Origin: Thermoanaerobaculia bacterium
Lineage (GTDB): Bacteria > Acidobacteriota > Thermoanaerobaculia > UBA5066
NCBI GenBank assembly: GCA_963719225.1
Contig: CAVRAY010000001.1
Location: forward strand, 256,001 to 320,000
Length of the DNA: 64,000 bases
Reading direction: 5' to 3'
Under the pieces are notes generated by a model. It was not told where the DNA came from. It saw only the letters and a list, made by a program, of their open reading frames with translations, and did no database searches. The position numbers were made by a program, and so were the translations under genes. Shown here piece after piece: positions 7,713 through 18,418 of the stretch (position 1 is its first letter; each line of letters begins with the position of its first letter).

Positions 7713-10700
7713 GTGACGCGGCGGAGGGATCCGCTGTTCCAGACGCTCGCCGCCGCGCCTGCGGTGCAGCGTCTTGCCGGGCGGATCGAGGCGGGGGTCC
7801 TCGGGACGTCGTCGGGAGGCGTGTCCCTGTCGGGGGCGCCGCCCGGCCTCCTGCCGTACCTCCTCGAGGCCGTCGGCGGGCCGCTCGGCCTGAAGTGGCT
7901 CGTCGTGTTCGCGCACGAGCGCGATGCCGCCGCCTTTTCCCACGACGCCGCGAGCGTTCTCGGGGAGGAGCGCGTGGCGTTCTTTCCCGCGCCCGCGCTC
8001 TCGCCGTACCAGCAGATCGCGCCGTCGCTGAAAGTGCGGCGCGAGGAGTTCGGAGCCTTGACGCGCCTCGCCGGAGGCTCCGTGGATCTCCTCGTCGTTC
8101 CCGCGCGCGCCCTTCTCCGGCGCCTGCCGCCGGCCGACGATTTCAGGAAGCGCACGTTGACGCTCGCGACAAGCGACGACGTGCCGCCCGCGCGAATCGC
8201 CGAAGCGCTCCTCGACGAGGGCTACGCCCGCGCGGACCTCGTGACCGAGACCGGCGACCTCGCCGTGCGCGGCGGCCTTCTCGACGTCTTCCCGCCGCAC
8301 CTTCAGGAGCCCGTGCGCATCGAGTTCGACCTGAACGCGATCGCCTCGATCCGCTCTTTCGACCCCGACACGCAGCGGTCGACGGGCGCCCTCTCCGTCG
8401 TGTCTCTCCCGCCGATGGCGCTCGCGCCCGACACGCGGGCGACGCGCGAATCGGCGCAGCGCGTCCTCGCGGCGTGCCGTACGGCGGCGGACGATCCGCC
8501 CGTGCCTCGCGACCTCTCGCTCGCGCGCAGGAACGACGGACTGGAGGAGCTGCTGCCTCTTCTGGCCATGGAGGAGGCGAACGTCCTCGACCATGCGCGG
8601 AGCTTCGTCCTCGCCGTGGACGACCTCGACGCCATCGCCGCGGAGCTCGTGCGCGCCGCGGACGTGCTCGGGCTCGACTACGAGAAGACGCGCCGGAAGG
8701 GACGCGTCGTGCCCGATCCGGCACGCCTCGCGGGAGACGCGGACCGCGTGGCCCGGAACCTCGAGGAGCGCCTGGTGGTGGCTCTTCAACCGGCCGTACC
8801 GGCGGGCGAGACGCTCGCGATCGGCGCCGAGTCGGTCCTGTCGTTCGAGGATCGCCTGCCGGACGCGCCTAAGGAGATCGCGCGCGCTCGGAAGGAGGGT
8901 CTCGCGGTCGTGCTCGCCGCCGCGACGAAGGGCGAGCGCGAGCACGTGGAGCGGCTCCTCGCCGAGTACGAGATCGAGCACCAGGGAAAGGCGGACGACG
9001 TCGTTTCGCCGCTGGCGCCGGGCGCGTGCCGCGTCGTCTCGGGCGGCCCGCGCTCGGGTTTCCTGTTCCGACCCGCGGGCGTCCTCCTCCTCACGGCGGT
9101 AGACCTCTTCGGCGAGCCGCGCACCCAGGCGCCGCGCCGGAAGTCCGCGTCGGAGGCCTTCCTCTCGGACCTCCGCGACCTGAAGGTGGGCGACATCGTC
9201 GTGCATCGCGACTACGGGCTGGGCCGCTTCGCGGGTCTCGCCCTCGTCGAGGACGCCGGACTCACGCGCGAGATGGTGGACGTGCGCTACGCGGGAGACG
9301 CGAAGCTCCTCGTTCCGGTCGAACGGCTGGATCTCATCCAGAAGTACGCCGCCGCCGGCGAAGGTCCTCTGCCCGCGCTGGACCGGCTCGGCGGCCTCGG
9401 CTGGGAAAGGCGGAAATCCTCGGTCAGGAAGGCCGTGAGGGACATCGCGGACCAGCTCCTCAAGCTCTACGCCCGACGGGCCGCTGCGCCCGGACACGCG
9501 TTCTCGAAGGACTCGCCCTGGCAGAAGGAGTTCGAGGAGGCGTTCGAGTACACGGAGACGCCCGACCAGGCGGCGGCGATCCGCGACGTGAAGAGAGACA
9601 TGGAGTCGGACAAGCCGATGGACCGGCTGCTGTGCGGCGACGTGGGCTACGGGAAGACGGAAGTCGCGATGCGGGCGATCTTCAAGTGCGTGCTCGACGG
9701 CAAGCAGGCCGCGCTCCTCGCGCCCACGACGATCCTCTCGGACCAGCACTTCCGGACGTTGAAGAGGCGGTTCGCGGCGTTTCCCGTCTCGATCGACATC
9801 CTGACGCGCTTCCGGGGGAAGGACGACCAGAAAGAGCTGCTCCGGCGCCTTCGGGAGGGGACGCTCGACGTGGTCGTGGGCACTCACCGGCTCCTGAGCA
9901 AGGACGTCGCGTTCAAGGACCTCGGCCTCCTCGTCGTGGACGAGGAGCAGCGCTTCGGCGTGGCGCAGAAAGAGCGCATCAAGGAATGGCGCGCGTCCGT
10001 GGACGTCCTCGCGATGTCGGCGACGCCGATTCCGCGCTCGCTCCATCTCTCGCTCGCGGGAATCCGCGACCTTTCGGTCATCGAGACGCCGCCGAAGGAC
10101 CGCCTCGCGATCGCGACGCACGTCGTGCCGCTCGACGACGCGGTGATCCGCGACGCGATCCGCGCGGAGGTCGACCGCGGCGGGCAGGTCTTCGTGGTCC
10201 ACAACCGCATCGAGTCGCTCGGCTTCTGGCGCGAGAAGCTCGCGGCGCTCGTGCCGGAGGTCCGGGTCGTCACGGCCCACGGCCAGATGTCGGAAGGCGA
10301 GCTCGAGCGCGCGATGCGCGCGTTCGTCACGCGCGCGGCCGATCTCCTCCTCGCCACGACGATCGTCGAGAACGGCCTCGACATCCCGTCGGCGAACACG
10401 ATGCTCATCGACCGCGCCGAGATGTACGGCCTTTCGCAGCTCTACCAGCTCCGCGGGCGCGTCGGCCGGAGCGACAAGGCGGCGGAGTGCTGGCTCCTCG
10501 TCCCTCCCGGCGCCGCGGTCTCGGACGACGCGCGCCGGCGCCTGCGGGCGATCCAGGAATTTTCGGATCTCGGCGCGGGATTCCGCATCGCGGCGAAGGA
10601 CCTGGAGATCCGCGGCGCGGGGAATCTCCTGGGCGGGGAGCAGTCCGGGCACATCGAGTCGGTGGGCTTCGAGACCTACGTGAATCTCCTCGAGGAGGCG

Positions 10701-11225
10701 ATGGCCGAGCTGAAGGGCGAGCCGGTTCCCGAGACGCGCGACGTGACGCTCCAGCTCGGCGTGCCGCTCGCGATTCCCCCGGCCTGGATTCCCGAGGAGA
10801 GCCTGCGCATGGCGCTGTACAAGAGGATCGCGGCGGCGTCCGACGAGGACACGCTCCAGCGCGAGGCGTCGACCGCAGCCGACCGCTACGGCGCGCCTCC
10901 GCCGGCGTTCTCGCGGCTGCTCGACATCGCGCGACTCCGTCTCCTCGCGCGTGCGCTCGGCGTGAAAACGCTCCAGCGCCGGGGCGACGAGCTGGCCGCT
11001 TCCCTCGAGAAGGACCACGGCCTCGATCCCGACAAGGTCGTCGCGAGCCTGAAGAAGGGCGATCTCCTCGCGTCCGGTCCCGACGCCTTCCGCTTGCCGA
11101 AGGCGTTCGCCGGGGTCCCCGCCGACGGCTCCGGCGTTCCCGCCCGCGCCGCGCGCTCTCTCCTCGACCTCGCCGGAAAGCGCGCGCGGGACCTGCCGGT
11201 TTCCCTCCTCGTGGAGGTCGTGTGA
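7713..11225 (+). CDS. mfd: Transcription-repair coupling factor
   Basis: UvrB-like module, CarD/RID domain (VVHRDYGLG), GDVGYGKTE, DEEQRFG, QLRGRVGR and TRG motif. Confidence 0.98.
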   Translation: MTRRRDPLFQTLAAAPAVQRLAGRIEAGVLGTSSGGVSLSGAPPGLLPYLLEAVGGPLGLKWLVVFAHERDAAAFSHDAASVLGEERVAFFPAPALSPYQQIAPSLKVRREEFGALTRLAGGSVDLLVVPARALLRRLPPADDFRKRTLTLATSDDVPPARIAEALLDEGYARADLVTETGDLAVRGGLLDVFPPHLQEPVRIEFDLNAIASIRSFDPDTQRSTGALSVVSLPPMALAPDTRATRESAQRVLAACRTAADDPPVPRDLSLARRNDGLEELLPLLAMEEANVLDHARSFVLAVDDLDAIAAELVRAADVLGLDYEKTRRKGRVVPDPARLAGDADRVARNLEERLVVALQPAVPAGETLAIGAESVLSFEDRLPDAPKEIARARKEGLAVVLAAATKGEREHVERLLAEYEIEHQGKADDVVSPLAPGACRVVSGGPRSGFLFRPAGVLLLTAVDLFGEPRTQAPRRKSASEAFLSDLRDLKVGDIVVHRDYGLGRFAGLALVEDAGLTREMVDVRYAGDAKLLVPVERLDLIQKYAAAGEGPLPALDRLGGLGWERRKSSVRKAVRDIADQLLKLYARRAAAPGHAFSKDSPWQKEFEEAFEYTETPDQAAAIRDVKRDMESDKPMDRLLCGDVGYGKTEVAMRAIFKCVLDGKQAALLAPTTILSDQHFRTLKRRFAAFPVSIDILTRFRGKDDQKELLRRLREGTLDVVVGTHRLLSKDVAFKDLGLLVVDEEQRFGVAQKERIKEWRASVDVLAMSATPIPRSLHLSLAGIRDLSVIETPPKDRLAIATHVVPLDDAVIRDAIRAEVDRGGQVFVVHNRIESLGFWREKLAALVPEVRVVTAHGQMSEGELERAMRAFVTRAADLLLATTIVENGLDIPSANTMLIDRAEMYGLSQLYQLRGRVGRSDKAAECWLLVPPGAAVSDDARRRLRAIQEFSDLGAGFRIAAKDLEIRGAGNLLGGEQSGHIESVGFETYVNLLEEAMAELKGEPVPETRDVTLQLGVPLAIPPAWIPEESLRMALYKRIAAASDEDTLQREASTAADRYGAPPPAFSRLLDIARLRLLARALGVKTLQRRGDELAASLEKDHGLDPDKVVASLKKGDLLASGPDAFRLPKAFAGVPADGSGVPARAARSLLDLAGKRARDLPVSLLVEVV

Positions 11226-12094
11226 CGCGCGGGAAGGCCGTTGTCGTCCTTCTTTTCGTGGCGCCTCTCGCGACTTTCGTGACCGGAGGCTGCGGGAAAA
11301 AGAGCGGCCCTCGCGCCGCGTCCCGGCCGGAAACCGTCGCGATGGCGGGTGAAAGGCCGGTGACGCTGGTCGAATTCATGGCCTGGGCGAAGAAGGCGAC
11401 GAGCGAGGATCCGAAGGACGTCTCGCCGCGCGTCCTCTCGAGCCTGCTCGACCAGTACCTCGACGAGGTGCTCCTGGCGAGGGCCGTCGAAGCGGCCGAG
11501 CCCCCGATTCCGGGATCGAATGCCGCGGAGAAGCGCCGGGTGTTCCTCACCCGCGCGGCGGGGCTCGAGAACCTTCAGGACGCGGACCTCCGGAAGGAGT
11601 ACGACGCCCACCCGGAGCGCTACGAGCGGCCGGCGCTCGTCCGCGCCTCGCAGCTGCTCTTCCACGACAAGGCCACCGCCGACGCCGCCGTGAAGAGGCT
11701 CGACCTCGGCGCGGCCTGGCTGGACGTGTCGCGGGAATCAAGCGTCGCGCCGAACGCGGGGACGGGCGGCTCTTTGGGCCTCCTTTCCCGCACGGACCTT
11801 CCCCGGGAGTTCGAAAAGGCGGTGTGGAGCCTTCCCGCGGGCATGAGGAGCCCGGTCGTCGCGACGCCGCACGGCTTTCACGTCTTCCGCGTGGACGAGC
11901 GCCTGGACGCACGCGACGTGACGTTCGAGGAAGCCCTGCCGGCGCTTCGGATGGCCGTGGCCGAGGACAGGAGCTCGAGGGCCCTCGAGGAGGCGATCGC
12001 CGGAGCACGCGTCCGCTTTCCCGTGACCGTCGTCGAGGACCACCTCCCGTTCCCCTATGTCGGGACGAACGCTCGCGACACCGCTTCGCGGTGA
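11222..12094 (+). CDS. Parvulin-type peptidyl-prolyl isomerase, probable lipoprotein
   Basis: GTG start overlapping the mfd stop; lipobox-like TGGC; GGSLG..EFEKAV..TPHGFHV. Confidence 0.85.
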   Translation: MTRGKAVVVLLFVAPLATFVTGGCGKKSGPRAASRPETVAMAGERPVTLVEFMAWAKKATSEDPKDVSPRVLSSLLDQYLDEVLLARAVEAAEPPIPGSNAAEKRRVFLTRAAGLENLQDADLRKEYDAHPERYERPALVRASQLLFHDKATADAAVKRLDLGAAWLDVSRESSVAPNAGTGGSLGLLSRTDLPREFEKAVWSLPAGMRSPVVATPHGFHVFRVDERLDARDVTFEEALPALRMAVAEDRSSRALEEAIAGARVRFPVTVVEDHLPFPYVGTNARDTASR

Positions 12095-12133
12095 GATCGG
12101 GAGAGAGGCCCGGATTTCGCTAGACTGCGGCTC

Positions 12134-13171
12134 GTGAAGTCAATCCGGCGCCCCCGTGTCCTTCCTTTCGTCGCGTTCGCCGCCGCATCCCTCGCCTTGC
12201 CCCTCGGAGCCGGCGAGGTCATCAACCGCATTCTCATCCACGTGAACTCGCGGATCATCACGCAGAGCCAGTTCGACGCACGGATCGACCAGAACGTGCG
12301 CGAGAACGGCACTCCGCCGAATGCCGCCAAGACCGAGGAGATGAAGAAGAGCGTCATGGAGGAGCTCGTGAACGAGGCGCTCCTCGAGGACCGCGCCAAG
12401 GAGCTCGACCTCGTCACCTCCGACGCCGAGATCGAGGACCAGATCAAGCGGCTGAAGGAGCAGAACAACGTCACGACGGACGAGGACTTCTCGAAGGCGC
12501 TCGCGCAGTCGGGCCTCACGATCGACCGCCTCCGCGACCAGCTCCGGCGCACCGTGACGCTGCAGCGCGTCGTGGGACGCGAGGTGAACAGCAAGGTCGA
12601 CCTGTCCGACGACGCCCTGCGCGTCATCTACGAGCGCGAGAAGGAGACGTGGCGGGTTCCCGAGAAGGCCCATCTCGCCGAAATCCTGGTGTCCAACGGC
12701 GACGATCCGGCGCGGGCGGCGCGCCGGGCGAAGGAGGCGTCGGACCTCATCAAGGGCGGCGCGAAATTCGAGGCCGTCGTGAAGGACTACTCAGACGGGG
12801 CGACGAAGAGCCGGGGCGGGGATCTCGGGCTCGTCGCCAAGGGCGAGCTCACCGCGGAGATCGACAAGGCGGTGTTCTCCCTGCCCGTCGGCTCCGTGTC
12901 GGACCCGATCGGAACGAGGTTCGGCTGGCACCTCGTGAAGGTGATCGACAAGATCCCCGTCTCTTACAAGCCGTTCGCCGACGTGAAGGCCGAGCTTCTG
13001 AAGCGCGAGCAGGACACCCAGTTCCAGAAGAAGCTCGCCGAGTACCTCGACAAGATCAAGCGCGACGCCGTCATCCGCGTTTCGCACGAGGCGCAGGCGT
13101 ATTACACGCCGCCGGCGGGAGTCACGATTCCGACGCCCGCACCGGTGCCCGCCGCGAAGAAAAAAAAGTAG
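12134..13171 (+). CDS. surA: SurA-like chaperone/PPIase
   Basis: Signal peptide, SurA N-domain (INRILIHVN..IIT) and parvulin domain (GGDLG..FGWHLVKV). Confidence 0.85.
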   Translation: MKSIRRPRVLPFVAFAAASLALPLGAGEVINRILIHVNSRIITQSQFDARIDQNVRENGTPPNAAKTEEMKKSVMEELVNEALLEDRAKELDLVTSDAEIEDQIKRLKEQNNVTTDEDFSKALAQSGLTIDRLRDQLRRTVTLQRVVGREVNSKVDLSDDALRVIYEREKETWRVPEKAHLAEILVSNGDDPARAARRAKEASDLIKGGAKFEAVVKDYSDGATKSRGGDLGLVAKGELTAEIDKAVFSLPVGSVSDPIGTRFGWHLVKVIDKIPVSYKPFADVKAELLKREQDTQFQKKLAEYLDKIKRDAVIRVSHEAQAYYTPPAGVTIPTPAPVPAAKKKK

Positions 13172-13182
13172 CCGCTCCGGCG

Positions 13183-14361
13183 TCAGCTCGCCAGGAGCTC
13201 GGCGCGCCAACGCGACAGTCCGCCCTGCTCGACGAGGAGATCGGCCGTGAGGCGCCCGTTCGCGCGGCGCGCGCGCGCCGCCACGGTGAGAACGGCGCGT
13301 GAAGCGAGGATGCCGGGATCGAGTCCGAGCGTCGCGGCCTTCTGGTCTCGCGATTTCTTGAGCGTCTCCACCTCTCGTTCGAGCGCGGGATCCACCTCGA
13401 TCCGCTCGCCGCGGCGCGCTTTCGGCCATTCGTCCGGTGCGAGAGCCGCGGCGCGCGCGAAGGCTTCGCCCAGGTCGGCCGCGAACGACTCGGGCAGCGC
13501 GCGGGGGCCCGGAAACAGCTTTCTGAGATCGCGTTCGCCGGCGGCGGCCGGCTTCACCGCGAGGAGCAGGCGCTCGTTCGTGAGGACGCGGAACGGAGGA
13601 AGGTCGCGGGCGCGGGCACGGGCCTCACGCGCTTCCCAGAGGGCGCGCGCGAATGCGCGCTCCTTGTCCGTGAGAGCGTTCGTCCCCTTGATCCGCCAGT
13701 CGTTCTCCGGGTCGGCCTCGCGCCCCGCGGAAAAGACCGTCGCGGCGAGGCGCGCGCACTCCTCGGCGTGCCAGAGGAGACGGCCCTTCGCCTCGAGGTC
13801 GCGCGTGAGGGACTCCACGAGGTTGGCGAGATGGAGGACGTCCGAGGCGGCGTAGGCGACCATCGGCGGCGCGAGCGGACGTGTACTCCAGTCGGAACGC
13901 TGGTGTGTCTTGTCGAGCGTGACGCCGGCACGGGCCGAGAGAAGCGCGGCCAGGCCGATCTCCTTCTCGCCGAGGAGCTGGGCCGCGACCATCGTGTCGA
14001 AGAGAGAGGTTGCGCGAAAGCCGTATCCCCGAAAGAGGAGCCTGAGGTCGTAGTCGGAGCCGTGCATGAGGAGCCGCCGCGGAGCGAGGCGCTCGAGGAG
14101 CGCCGGAATGTCGAGAGGTGCAAGCGGGTCCACGAGATAAGCGGTGCCGTCCCAGGCGAGCTGGAGGAGGCAGGCCTTTTCGAAGTAGTGGTGGAAGGAG
14201 TCCGCCTCCGTGTCGAGCGCGACGTCGGCCTCCGGCCGAAGGTCGAGGGCCGAGGTCATCCGGAAAAGCGCGTCGGCATCGTCCACGAGTCGTGCGATCG
14301 ACGAGGGCGGGGAAGAGGTCACCTCGAAGGAGGGTACACCGCCGCGGCTCTTCACCCGCAA
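13183..14361 (-). CDS. rnd: Ribonuclease D (DEDDy exonuclease plus HRDC)
   Basis: ALDTEADS, HGSDYD, DWSTRPL, YAASDV and HRDC domains. Start uncertain. Confidence 0.9.
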   Translation of the reverse strand: MRVKSRGGVPSFEVTSSPPSSIARLVDDADALFRMTSALDLRPEADVALDTEADSFHHYFEKACLLQLAWDGTAYLVDPLAPLDIPALLERLAPRRLLMHGSDYDLRLLFRGYGFRATSLFDTMVAAQLLGEKEIGLAALLSARAGVTLDKTHQRSDWSTRPLAPPMVAYAASDVLHLANLVESLTRDLEAKGRLLWHAEECARLAATVFSAGREADPENDWRIKGTNALTDKERAFARALWEAREARARARDLPPFRVLTNERLLLAVKPAAAGERDLRKLFPGPRALPESFAADLGEAFARAAALAPDEWPKARRGERIEVDPALEREVETLKKSRDQKAATLGLDPGILASRAVLTVAARARRANGRLTADLLVEQGGLSRWRAELLAS

Positions 14362-14385
14362 CTCTCCTCGGCGCAGGGATTTCGC

Positions 14386-14454
14386 TTGACTCGTTCCCTT
14401 TGGAAGCCGGATACTCGCGAGTGGAAAAAAGTGGCTAGTGGTGGCGTCTTGTGG
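14386..14454 (+). promoter_or_regulatory. dcw promoter with MraZ-binding repeats
   Basis: TTGACT (14386), 18 bp, GATACT (14410). Four GTGG repeats at an exact 10-bp period (14421, 14431, 14441, 14451), matching known MraZ operators. Confidence 0.8.
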
Positions 14455-14507
14455 ATCCGAAGGGATTCCCGCGGCGCCGACGCGGGAATTCGTCCCAGAG
14501 GAAGATT

Positions 14508-14954
14508 ATGGACCGCCTTCGAGGCAGCGCGGAAACGACGGTGGACGAGAAGGGCCGTTTCAAGGTCCCGTCCGTCTTCCGGGCGCCGATCGAGGAGACG
14601 TTCGGACCCGAGTTCTTCCTGACGTCCATTTCCGGTGTCGACGTTCTGATCTTTCCGATGCCCGTCTGGAACGCGCTCGAGGAAAAGCTCGCGGCGATGC
14701 CCGCGATCCACCGGGCGAAGGCGAAGTTCCAGGAGCGCTTCAACACGTACGGGCAGGTGGCGCGCATGGACGCGCAGGGCCGGCTGCTCGTGCCGTCGCT
14801 CCTGCGTGAGGTCTCCGCGCTCGAGGGCGATGCGCTCGTCCTCGGGCAGACCGACCACCTCAAGCTCGTCGACCGCACGAAACATCTCAAGAGCCTGCGC
14901 TCGACCACGATCACGGATGAGGACTACGACGAACTCGCACGCCATCTCGTCTGA
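14508..14954 (+). CDS. mraZ: Transcriptional regulator MraZ
   Basis: Two DxxGR motifs (VDEKGRF, MDAQGRL); first gene of dcw; GAGG RBS. Confidence 0.95.
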   Translation: MDRLRGSAETTVDEKGRFKVPSVFRAPIEETFGPEFFLTSISGVDVLIFPMPVWNALEEKLAAMPAIHRAKAKFQERFNTYGQVARMDAQGRLLVPSLLREVSALEGDALVLGQTDHLKLVDRTKHLKSLRSTTITDEDYDELARHLV

Positions 14955-14960
14955 CGCGCC

Positions 14961-15932
14961 ATGGCCGACGACGGCGCGATCCACGTCCCGGTGCTGCTCC
15001 GGGAGGTCGTCGCGGCGCTTCGCCCGGAGCGGGGCGGCGTCTACGTCGACGCGACGCTCGGCCTCGGAGGCCATGCGCGGGCGCTCCTCGAGGCCTCGCC
15101 CGACGTGCGCGTCGTGGGCATCGACCGCGATCCGGAAGCCCTGCGCCTCGCGAAAGACCGCCTCGCGGCGTTCGGCACGCGCGTCGTCATCGTGGAAGGT
15201 CGCCACGAGGACGTCGCCCGGCATCTCGACCGTCTCGGCCTCGCGCGTGTCGACGGGATCCTCGCCGATCTCGGTGTCTCGACGCTGCAGCTCGATCGGG
15301 CCGAGCGCGGGTTTTCGTTCATGAAGGACGGTCCGCTCGACATGCGCATGGGCGCCGACGGGCCGACGGCCGCCGACCTCGTGGCGACGGCTTCACGTGA
15401 AGAGCTGACGCGGATTTTCCGCGAATGGGGGGAGGAGCGCATGGCGGGACCGATCGCCCGGACGGTTGTGGAAGCTCGGAAGACGTCTCCGATCCGAACG
15501 ACCGGCGAGATGAGGCGACTCGTGCTGAAGGTGCTCGGACCGCGGCGCGAGAAACACAAGGATCCCGCGACTCGCGTTTTCCAGGCGCTGCGGATCGCGA
15601 CGAATCACGAGCTCGTCGAGCTCGAGCGGTTTCTCGACGATGCGATCGCACGCCTCGCGCTCGGCGCACGGCTCACCGTCCTCTCGTATCACTCTCTCGA
15701 AGATCGGATCGTCAAGCGCGCGTTCCAGCGACACACGGCGGGCTGCACGTGCCCGCCGTCGTTTCCCGTGTGCGTGTGCTCGCGGCGCCGCGTCATGGCG
15801 CTCGTCACGCGTAAAGCCGTTCGGCCGTCGCTCGCCGAGCTGGGCGAAAACCCCAGGGCGCGCTCGGCGCGGATGCGTGTGCTCGAGCGCGTCGCCGAGG
15901 ATGGCGCAAGCCCGGCCACGCCGCAGGGGTAG
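14961..15932 (+). CDS. rsmH: 16S rRNA m4C1402 methyltransferase
   Basis: HVPVLL, DATLGLGGH, RGFSF..DGPLDMRM, SYHSLEDRIVK. Confidence 0.98.
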   Translation: MADDGAIHVPVLLREVVAALRPERGGVYVDATLGLGGHARALLEASPDVRVVGIDRDPEALRLAKDRLAAFGTRVVIVEGRHEDVARHLDRLGLARVDGILADLGVSTLQLDRAERGFSFMKDGPLDMRMGADGPTAADLVATASREELTRIFREWGEERMAGPIARTVVEARKTSPIRTTGEMRRLVLKVLGPRREKHKDPATRVFQALRIATNHELVELERFLDDAIARLALGARLTVLSYHSLEDRIVKRAFQRHTAGCTCPPSFPVCVCSRRRVMALVTRKAVRPSLAELGENPRARSARMRVLERVAEDGASPATPQG

Positions 15933-15941
15933 GCCCAGCTC

Positions 15942-16367
15942 ATGGCGTACGCGGTCCGCCGCCCCGTCGAAAACGTCTATCTCGTGCGGGAACGCGACCG
16001 GCGGCGGACGCGCGAGCTCGTCGCGCTGTTCCTGGCGGCCGTGCCGCCGGCAACCGTTCTCTTCCTCGCCATCTGGGCGAACCTCGAGACGGTTCGGCTC
16101 GGATACCAGCTCGCCACGCTCGCGCGGATGCGCGAGACGCTGCTCGAGAGAAGGCACCTGCTCGAGATGGATCGTGCCCAGGCGGTGGCGCTCCAGCGCG
16201 TGGAGCGAATCGCGCGCGGCACGCTCGGTCTCGTGCCGCCCACGCTCGAACAGGTCATCCTCGTGAAAGACTCGGCGCTCGCGTCGGCGCTCGCGTCGCC
16301 GCCTGCGGCCGCCCCGGAACGGACCGCCCGGCCGCCGGCGCTGCCGCCCGGAAAGGAGACGCCCTGA
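15942..16367 (+). CDS. ftsL: Cell division protein FtsL
   Basis: Single TM plus coiled coil (RVERIAR..LGL); lies between rsmH and ftsI. Confidence 0.85.
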   Translation: MAYAVRRPVENVYLVRERDRRRTRELVALFLAAVPPATVLFLAIWANLETVRLGYQLATLARMRETLLERRHLLEMDRAQAVALQRVERIARGTLGLVPPTLEQVILVKDSALASALASPPAAAPERTARPPALPPGKETP

Positions 16368-16372
16368 GCGCG

Positions 16373-18418
16373 GTGTCGCGCCCGGACCGCCGGGCCCTTT
16401 TCCTGCTCGCGGGGGTCGGCCTCTGGATCCTCGTCCTCTTCGTTCGGCTCGTGGACCTGCAGGTGCTCAGGCGCGAGGAGTTCCAGCGCCGCGCCCGCAG
16501 GCAGCAGGAGCGCACGGTCGAGCTCGCCCCGCGTCGCGGCGTCATCCGCGACGCGGAAGGCACGCTTCTGGCCGTGAACGCGCGGGCCGAGTCGGTCTTC
16601 GCGATTCCCTCCGACGTGTCGGACGCCGATCAGGAAGCCGCCCTGCTGGCGCCGCTCCTGAAGCACCCGGCGAAGGAGCTCGCGAAGAAGCTCGCGAGCC
16701 CGGACCGCGACTTCATCTGGCTTTCGCGACGCGTGAGCGATCCGGTCGCCGCCCGCGTGCGCGCGCTCGTCGCCGAAAAGCGCCTCCCGGGCATCCAGCT
16801 CGTGGCCGAGTCGACGCGGCGCTATCCCGAGGGAGCGCTCGCGGCCGCCGTGCTCGGTTACGTCGGGACCGACAACCAGGGGCTCGCGGGCCTCGAGTAT
16901 CGCTTCGACGCCGACGTGCGGGGAAAGCCCGCGCGCGTGACGCTCCTGCGCGACGCGGCACAGCGTCCCTACGCGACACGCGCTCGCGAAGGCGGCGAGG
17001 CTCCACGCGAGGGATACGAGGGAGCGCGCCTGACGCTCACGATCCGCACGTCCATCCAGCACGCGGCGGAGCGCGAGCTCGCGAAGGCCATGTCGGAATT
17101 CCATGCGCGCGGGGCTTCCGCCGTCGTTCTCGATCCGGCCACGGGCGCGATTCTCGCGCTCGCCTCGTTCCCGACGTTCGATCCGAACCGCTACGGAGAG
17201 GTCGACGCGGAGGCGAGGCGGTGCCGGCCGCTCGCGGACGTCTACGAGCCGGGCTCGACGTTCAAGATCGTGGCGGCTACGGCAGCGCTCGACTCCGGGG
17301 CGATCGCCCTGGACGACCCGATCGATTGCGGCGGCGGCACGCTCACGATCGGGTCGAACACGATTCACGAACACGGTGGAAAGGGCTGGAGCACGCTCAC
17401 GATCGGCGACATCCTCACGCACTCCTCGAACATCGGGATCGCGCACGTCGCCATGACGCTCGGGCGCTCTTCCTTCTACAAGTCCGTTCGGGCGTTCGGG
17501 TTCGGCGAGAAGACGGGCGTCGAGCTGGAGGGAGAGACGTCCGGCATTCTCGCGGACACGTCGGGCTGGAGCGCTCTCACGCTCCCGACGATGGCGTTCG
17601 GCCAGGAGATCGGCGTCACCGTCCTCCAGATGGCGCGCGCATACGCCGCGATCGCGAACGGGGGCGTTCTTCCGCCGCTCCACCTCGTGGACTCGATCCG
17701 GGATTCGAATCAGAGCCCGGATGCCGCGAATCGAAGAATCGAGCGGCCCGCTCCGCGGCGCCTCATGAGCGAGGACACGGCACGCCGGCTGCGGATCCTC
17801 CTCGGGAGGGTCGTCGAGATGGGAACGGGAAAAGCCGCCGCGATTCCGGGCTATACGGCCGCGGGCAAGACGGGCACGGCGCAGAAAGCGGTCCCCGGAG
17901 CGGGATATTCGAAGGACCGTTACGTCGCGTCGTTCATCGGCTTCGCGCCCGCCGACCGGCCGCGCGTCGTGATCGCGGTCGTCGTGGACGAGCCGAAGGG
18001 AAAGACGTATGGCGCCGAGGTCGCGGCGCCGGTTTTCTCCGCCATCGGAGCGGACGTCCTCGCGATTCTGCGGGAGCCGCCCGCTTCGCTCGAGGCGACG
18101 CGTCCGTCCATCCTCACCGCGGACCTCGGTGCGGGCGCGGCGGCCGTCTCGCTCAGCGCGCGCCTGAATGCCGACGACCTCGTGCCCGCGTCGAACCGGA
18201 CCGAGAGGGCCGGCGAGAACGAGGACCGCGTGCCGGACGTCTCGGGAAAGAGCGCCCGCGACGCCGTCCGGCTCCTCGCGGCACGCGGTCTTTCGGCGCG
18301 GCTCTCGGGAACGGGGTTCGTGGTCTCGCAGGATCCGCCGGCGGGATCGCCTGCCGAGCGGGGCGGGGCCTGCGCGCTTTCGCTCGCGCAGCCGGTCTCT
18401 CAGGGAGACACGCCGTGA
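16373..18418 (+). CDS. ftsI: Septal transpeptidase PBP3 with PASTA domain
   Basis: EPGSTFK, SSN, KTGTAQ and C-terminal PASTA (VPDVSGKS). Confidence 0.96.
   Translation: MSRPDRRALFLLAGVGLWILVLFVRLVDLQVLRREEFQRRARRQQERTVELAPRRGVIRDAEGTLLAVNARAESVFAIPSDVSDADQEAALLAPLLKHPAKELAKKLASPDRDFIWLSRRVSDPVAARVRALVAEKRLPGIQLVAESTRRYPEGALAAAVLGYVGTDNQGLAGLEYRFDADVRGKPARVTLLRDAAQRPYATRAREGGEAPREGYEGARLTLTIRTSIQHAAERELAKAMSEFHARGASAVVLDPATGAILALASFPTFDPNRYGEVDAEARRCRPLADVYEPGSTFKIVAATAALDSGAIALDDPIDCGGGTLTIGSNTIHEHGGKGWSTLTIGDILTHSSNIGIAHVAMTLGRSSFYKSVRAFGFGEKTGVELEGETSGILADTSGWSALTLPTMAFGQEIGVTVLQMARAYAAIANGGVLPPLHLVDSIRDSNQSPDAANRRIERPAPRRLMSEDTARRLRILLGRVVEMGTGKAAAIPGYTAAGKTGTAQKAVPGAGYSKDRYVASFIGFAPADRPRVVIAVVVDEPKGKTYGAEVAAPVFSAIGADVLAILREPPASLEATRPSILTADLGAGAAAVSLSARLNADDLVPASNRTERAGENEDRVPDVSGKSARDAVRLLAARGLSARLSGTGFVVSQDPPAGSPAERGGACALSLAQPVSQGDTP

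Noticed and set aside
7593-11018. 1318-aa minus-strand ORF overlapping mfd
   Set aside because: Antisense shadow of a high-GC3 gene. Only the last 176 codons (7062-7592) have an RBS, a signal peptide and protein-like composition.
14421-14454. GTGG repeats with 10-bp period as a novel element
   Set aside because: Explained by the known MraZ operator; listed as a feature.
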